This document shows, piece by piece, positions 60,752 to 64,000 of a DNA stretch of 64,000 nt. Positions within the stretch are counted from its first letter, which is position 1. Each line of letters opens with the position of its first letter. Source of the stretch: Coleofasciculus sp. B1-GNL1-01 (lineage in GTDB: Bacteria > Cyanobacteriota > Cyanobacteriia > Cyanobacteriales > Coleofasciculaceae). The notes beneath the pieces were generated by a model that saw only the letters and a list, made by a program, of their open reading frames with translations, searched no databases and had not been told where the DNA came from. A program made the position numbers and the translations under genes. The stretch lies in the NCBI GenBank assembly GCA_040220235.1, contig JAVJTO010000053.1; one strand, written 5' to 3'.

Positions 60752-61942
60752 TCAGGATTCTTCTGCGATCGCGGGATAGGGAAATAATTCGCGAAATCCC
60801 TGCCTTCGCTGTTGTGGAGACTCCGGAGTCAAATAACTCCACAGGGTTTCCCAATAAAAAAAGGATACACCATCAAAGGCGCGATCGCGAACCGCTTCAA
60901 CTTGGGCTTGAATTTGTTCAAAGGGAATCGGATCACCTAAGGTTCCCGTTAAAATGCCAATACTTACTGGAATTGTCCGCCGCGCCATGCGTACTGCGGG
61001 TTGATTAAGTTCCGCCGTAAAACGACTCAACTCATCCCGATAAACCTGTAACACGAGTTCATCTACCCAACCCCGTTGTACCCAGGTTTGCCAGTCTTGT
61101 AGATAATGTTGATAAGCAAAGGCTTGGGGATTAGGTGAAAGTGAGATAATACAATCCGGTTTAATCGATTTAACTGTCTGGACAATCTCTCCCATAAACT
61201 CGCTAATCTTATTCGCCCGCCAGCGCATCCATTCACTATTTAATGGCGAATTCGGGGGAGGATTCCCATAATGTTCTTGCTGATAACGCTCAAGCGTATA
61301 AGGATCATAACCCAATTCCACAGGCATCCCAAAGTGATCATCCAACTGAATCCCATCCACATCATATTGGCTGACTACTTCCTTAATTAGATCCAGGATA
61401 AGCTGTTGTACCTCTGGATGTAACGGATTCAGCCATAAGAGTTGGGGATTCTCCGGATCAGATTTTTGAGTTAAACCCTGAGTTATCCAGCTAGGATGAC
61501 GCCGCGCTAATTCAGAATGAATCGTTGTCATAAATCCATACTCAAACCAAGGAATGACCCGTAACCCTTGGCGATGTCCCTGCTGTACAATTTCTGCTAA
61601 AACATCTCCATTGAGTCGCATAATCCTCAGCAAAGGTTCTTGTGTCGCCACCCTACTCGGATAAAAGGTATGCCCTCGATTCCAAACCACCGGATACACC
61701 GTGTTAAAGTTCAGTTGAGACAATTGCGCGATCGCTCGGTTAATTCCCCACGGTGAAAACAATACACCACTTGCCACATTTGTCAACCAAACCCCTCGAA
61801 TTTCTGTGATTTTTGTTGGTGTTTGAGAACGGGCTAAGGATGGGGAAAATAAAATTGATTTAGCAACCAGTAGGACAATACTAAATACCAACCCTAATGT
61901 GAGAAAAACCCTGAATCTATGTTGACGTTTGTCACTCGTCAT
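60752..61942 (-). CDS. Glycoside hydrolase-like 10 (GHL10/DUF187) protein
   Basis: EIRGVWLTN, NTVYPVVWNRG, IPWFEYG, YDVDGIQLDDHF. Confidence 0.9.
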   Translation of the reverse strand: MTSDKRQHRFRVFLTLGLVFSIVLLVAKSILFSPSLARSQTPTKITEIRGVWLTNVASGVLFSPWGINRAIAQLSQLNFNTVYPVVWNRGHTFYPSRVATQEPLLRIMRLNGDVLAEIVQQGHRQGLRVIPWFEYGFMTTIHSELARRHPSWITQGLTQKSDPENPQLLWLNPLHPEVQQLILDLIKEVVSQYDVDGIQLDDHFGMPVELGYDPYTLERYQQEHYGNPPPNSPLNSEWMRWRANKISEFMGEIVQTVKSIKPDCIISLSPNPQAFAYQHYLQDWQTWVQRGWVDELVLQVYRDELSRFTAELNQPAVRMARRTIPVSIGILTGTLGDPIPFEQIQAQVEAVRDRAFDGVSFFYWETLWSYLTPESPQQRRQGFRELFPYPAIAEES

Positions 61943-62217
61943 TCTCTATGTCTTATGTCTTATGTCAAGGGATTAACATTATATCCGGAAACCGTAGGGG
62001 CGCACGTCAGTGCGCCCCTTTTTACACCAATGTACTGGCGTGGCATACCTTATTTGATGAATTAGATTCGGCTTGTAGTAGGGAACTTTAGCCCTATATT
62101 CGGTTGGGTTTCCTGTCGTCAACCCAACCTACAACCTATTCCACAATTTTAGCTGTGTCAGTCCAGTATGCCCGATTTCACACCGATGTACGCCCGATTC
62201 TAGGATATCAATTTTCG

Positions 62218-63117
62218 TCAAACAGCCGCTGAGTAAAGAAATTGGTTGTTGGCTTGAAATCCCACGCCCTGGTTGTTGGCTTGAAATCCCCCCCCATGAC
62301 TAACGTGCATATCGTTAATATCTAAACCATAGAGCTTTGCACCTTCCAAATTGGCATCTAGCAACTCAGCTCTTCTGAGGATTGCCCAGGTTAGATTCGC
62401 ATTCTCCAGATTCGCTTGAGCCAAATTAGCGCCGCTTAAATCTGCCCCTTGCAGATTCGCCCAATCCAGTTTAGCCGCTTCTAAATTAGCGGCAATCAAA
62501 CTTGCGCCTTCTAAATTCGCCCGACTTAATCTCGCGCCTTGGAAATTCACTCCTTCTAAATCAGCACCCGCTAAATCTAAATCTTTTAACCAGGCGTAGC
62601 TGAGATTGACAAAACTTAGGGCTGACCCATAAACTCTCGCACCAATCAGCCTTGCTTCCGATAAATTCGCCCATTTGAAATTCACGCCAGTTAAATTCGC
62701 ATCCCGCAAATTCACCCGTTCTAACTGCGCTCCGCAAAGATTTGCCCCCCATAAGTTAGCCCGTCGGAGGTTTGTACCATTCAATATTGCCCCACTGAGT
62801 TTAGCACCCGTGAGCTTTGATTTGACCATAAAAGCACCATTGATATTGGCTTTAGTCAAATCAGCGTCAACCAGTTTGGCATCGCTCATCTTAACGTAAT
62901 TAAGATTCGTCCAATTCATCTGAGCGCCACTCAAATCAGATTTGAGTAAAAATGCTCTGGTCAAATCTGCTCCTCTGAGATTCGCCCCCGTTAGGTTAAC
63001 TCCGATTAACATAACTCCCCTGAGGTTAGCCCCACTGAGGTCAATCCCTGTGAATTCTCGATTTCCTTGTTCGTACAGTTTGAGAAGTTGTCTAACGTTC
63101 ATAGCTACAACGTCCAC
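62218..63117 (-). CDS. Pentapeptide repeat protein
   Basis: [13 protein letters not shown]-cap followed by A(D/N)Lxx repeats. Confidence 0.95.
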   Translation of the reverse strand: MDVVAMNVRQLLKLYEQGNREFTGIDLSGANLRGVMLIGVNLTGANLRGADLTRAFLLKSDLSGAQMNWTNLNYVKMSDAKLVDADLTKANINGAFMVKSKLTGAKLSGAILNGTNLRRANLWGANLCGAQLERVNLRDANLTGVNFKWANLSEARLIGARVYGSALSFVNLSYAWLKDLDLAGADLEGVNFQGARLSRANLEGASLIAANLEAAKLDWANLQGADLSGANLAQANLENANLTWAILRRAELLDANLEGAKLYGLDINDMHVSHGGGFQANNQGVGFQANNQFLYSAAV

Positions 63118-63555
63118 TAAGTATTTATGATTTGGGCAAAGTTGAATGGATTGATAATTTTAATGGATTCTCTTTCTACTTTAATCCTAATAGTTAATGA
63201 ATAAACCTTCTTTGAAAAAATTTACGTTTCTACCCAACGTCCTCAAACTGTAAGTACCTGGACATAAATTTTGTACTCTGTACTAATAAATGTTAATAGG
63301 ACTTCGCAAAATTTTAAAATCCTTAACGTTATCAAAATTTTCCTGTCTGACTTTACTAATAAAGATTATACTGCTATACGATGGCAATTTCGCCCAAATC
63401 GCTGCCTTCTTTATCAAGCTTAAAGAAATTGTTGAGTAATATTAAACTTCAACACTGTACCCCTAACAATTCAGATTACACTGCAATACTTGTCATACAC
63501 CCTATAATGTTAAATTTGCCATTAATATGCTGATATAGTGGTGATTATAAAATCT

Positions 63556-64000
63556 TTATGCCAAGGATTGAATTTGACCCGCTTGAACAGAAAGAATTTG
63601 CGAGGAGTTCAACCACTGAGAATCAAATGCGCCTAAGTGAGTGGTTGTAATCAGGGTTTGAAATCGGTCTTGAATCGCATCTAAAAGCTGATTTTGGCGG
63701 TTAGGATCAAGTTCTGCCAAAACATCATCCAGTAATAACAAAGGCGGTTCACCCACAACCTCTTCAATCAGCTTTAATTCTGCCAATTTGAGTGCCAAAA
63801 CCAACGTTCGTTGCTGTCCTTGAGAACCATAGGAACGAGCAGGCGTTTGATTAATTGTAAATTCCACATCATCTCGATGTGGACCAACCAGAGTTATCCC
63901 CTGACGCTGTTCGGGAAAACGACGATGGTGGAGTTTATCTAAAAATGCCTGCTGAACACCTTCTGGGTCATCTTTCTCCAGGTTGACATTTGGCGCGTAG
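63556..64000 (-). CDS. recF: DNA replication/repair protein RecF (3' part; 5' end outside the window)
   Basis: Frame open to the edge: ..[33 protein letters not shown]. Confidence 0.95.
   Translation of the reverse strand, partial: YAPNVNLEKDDPEGVQQAFLDKLHHRRFPEQRQGITLVGPHRDDVEFTINQTPARSYGSQGQQRTLVLALKLAELKLIEEVVGEPPLLLLDDVLAELDPNRQNQLLDAIQDRFQTLITTTHLGAFDSQWLNSSQILSVQAGQIQSLA

Noticed and set aside
2578..63130. Numerous antisense or alternate-frame ORFs nested in long genes
   Set aside because: They overlap well-supported CDSs and have no motifs; treated as shadow ORFs
1..64000. tRNA, rRNA or prophage genes
   Set aside because: No cloverleaf, rRNA-like, integrase or phage structural signatures recognised by eye; a covariance search was not possible

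Overview
A chromosomal segment from a cyanobacterium, probably a filamentous one. This rests on abundant HIP1 GCGATCGC octamers, heptameric STRR tandem repeats, and psbP/psb34. Most of it is housekeeping and signalling: a group-2 sigma factor, thiO-thiG fusion, psb34, psbP, maf, pyruvate kinase, an FHA-GAF adenylate cyclase facing a Ser/Thr kinase, a cyanobacteriochrome histidine kinase with a hybrid response regulator, hspA, manC, LCP, ABC and RND transporters, deoC-recO-MFS-GT4 and a partial recF. Mobile DNA is scattered throughout: an IS1182-type transposase fragment fused to a structured, group-II-intron-like RNA segment, a complete IS200/IS605 tnpB element, two tnpB end remnants, MITEs and several GTAG-REP families, one copy of which is translated in frame inside a kinase. 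The best candidates for undescribed biology are: (1) four tandem hypothetical genes (15.7-19.5 kb) that all share one G-x22/23-H domain motif; (2) a membrane protein with voltage-sensor-like S1-S4 motifs but no pore; (3) an orphan DndD/Rad50-like ATPase with a small coupled partner; (4) a minimal TIR-TM protein. All calls come from reading motifs by eye; no database search was run.
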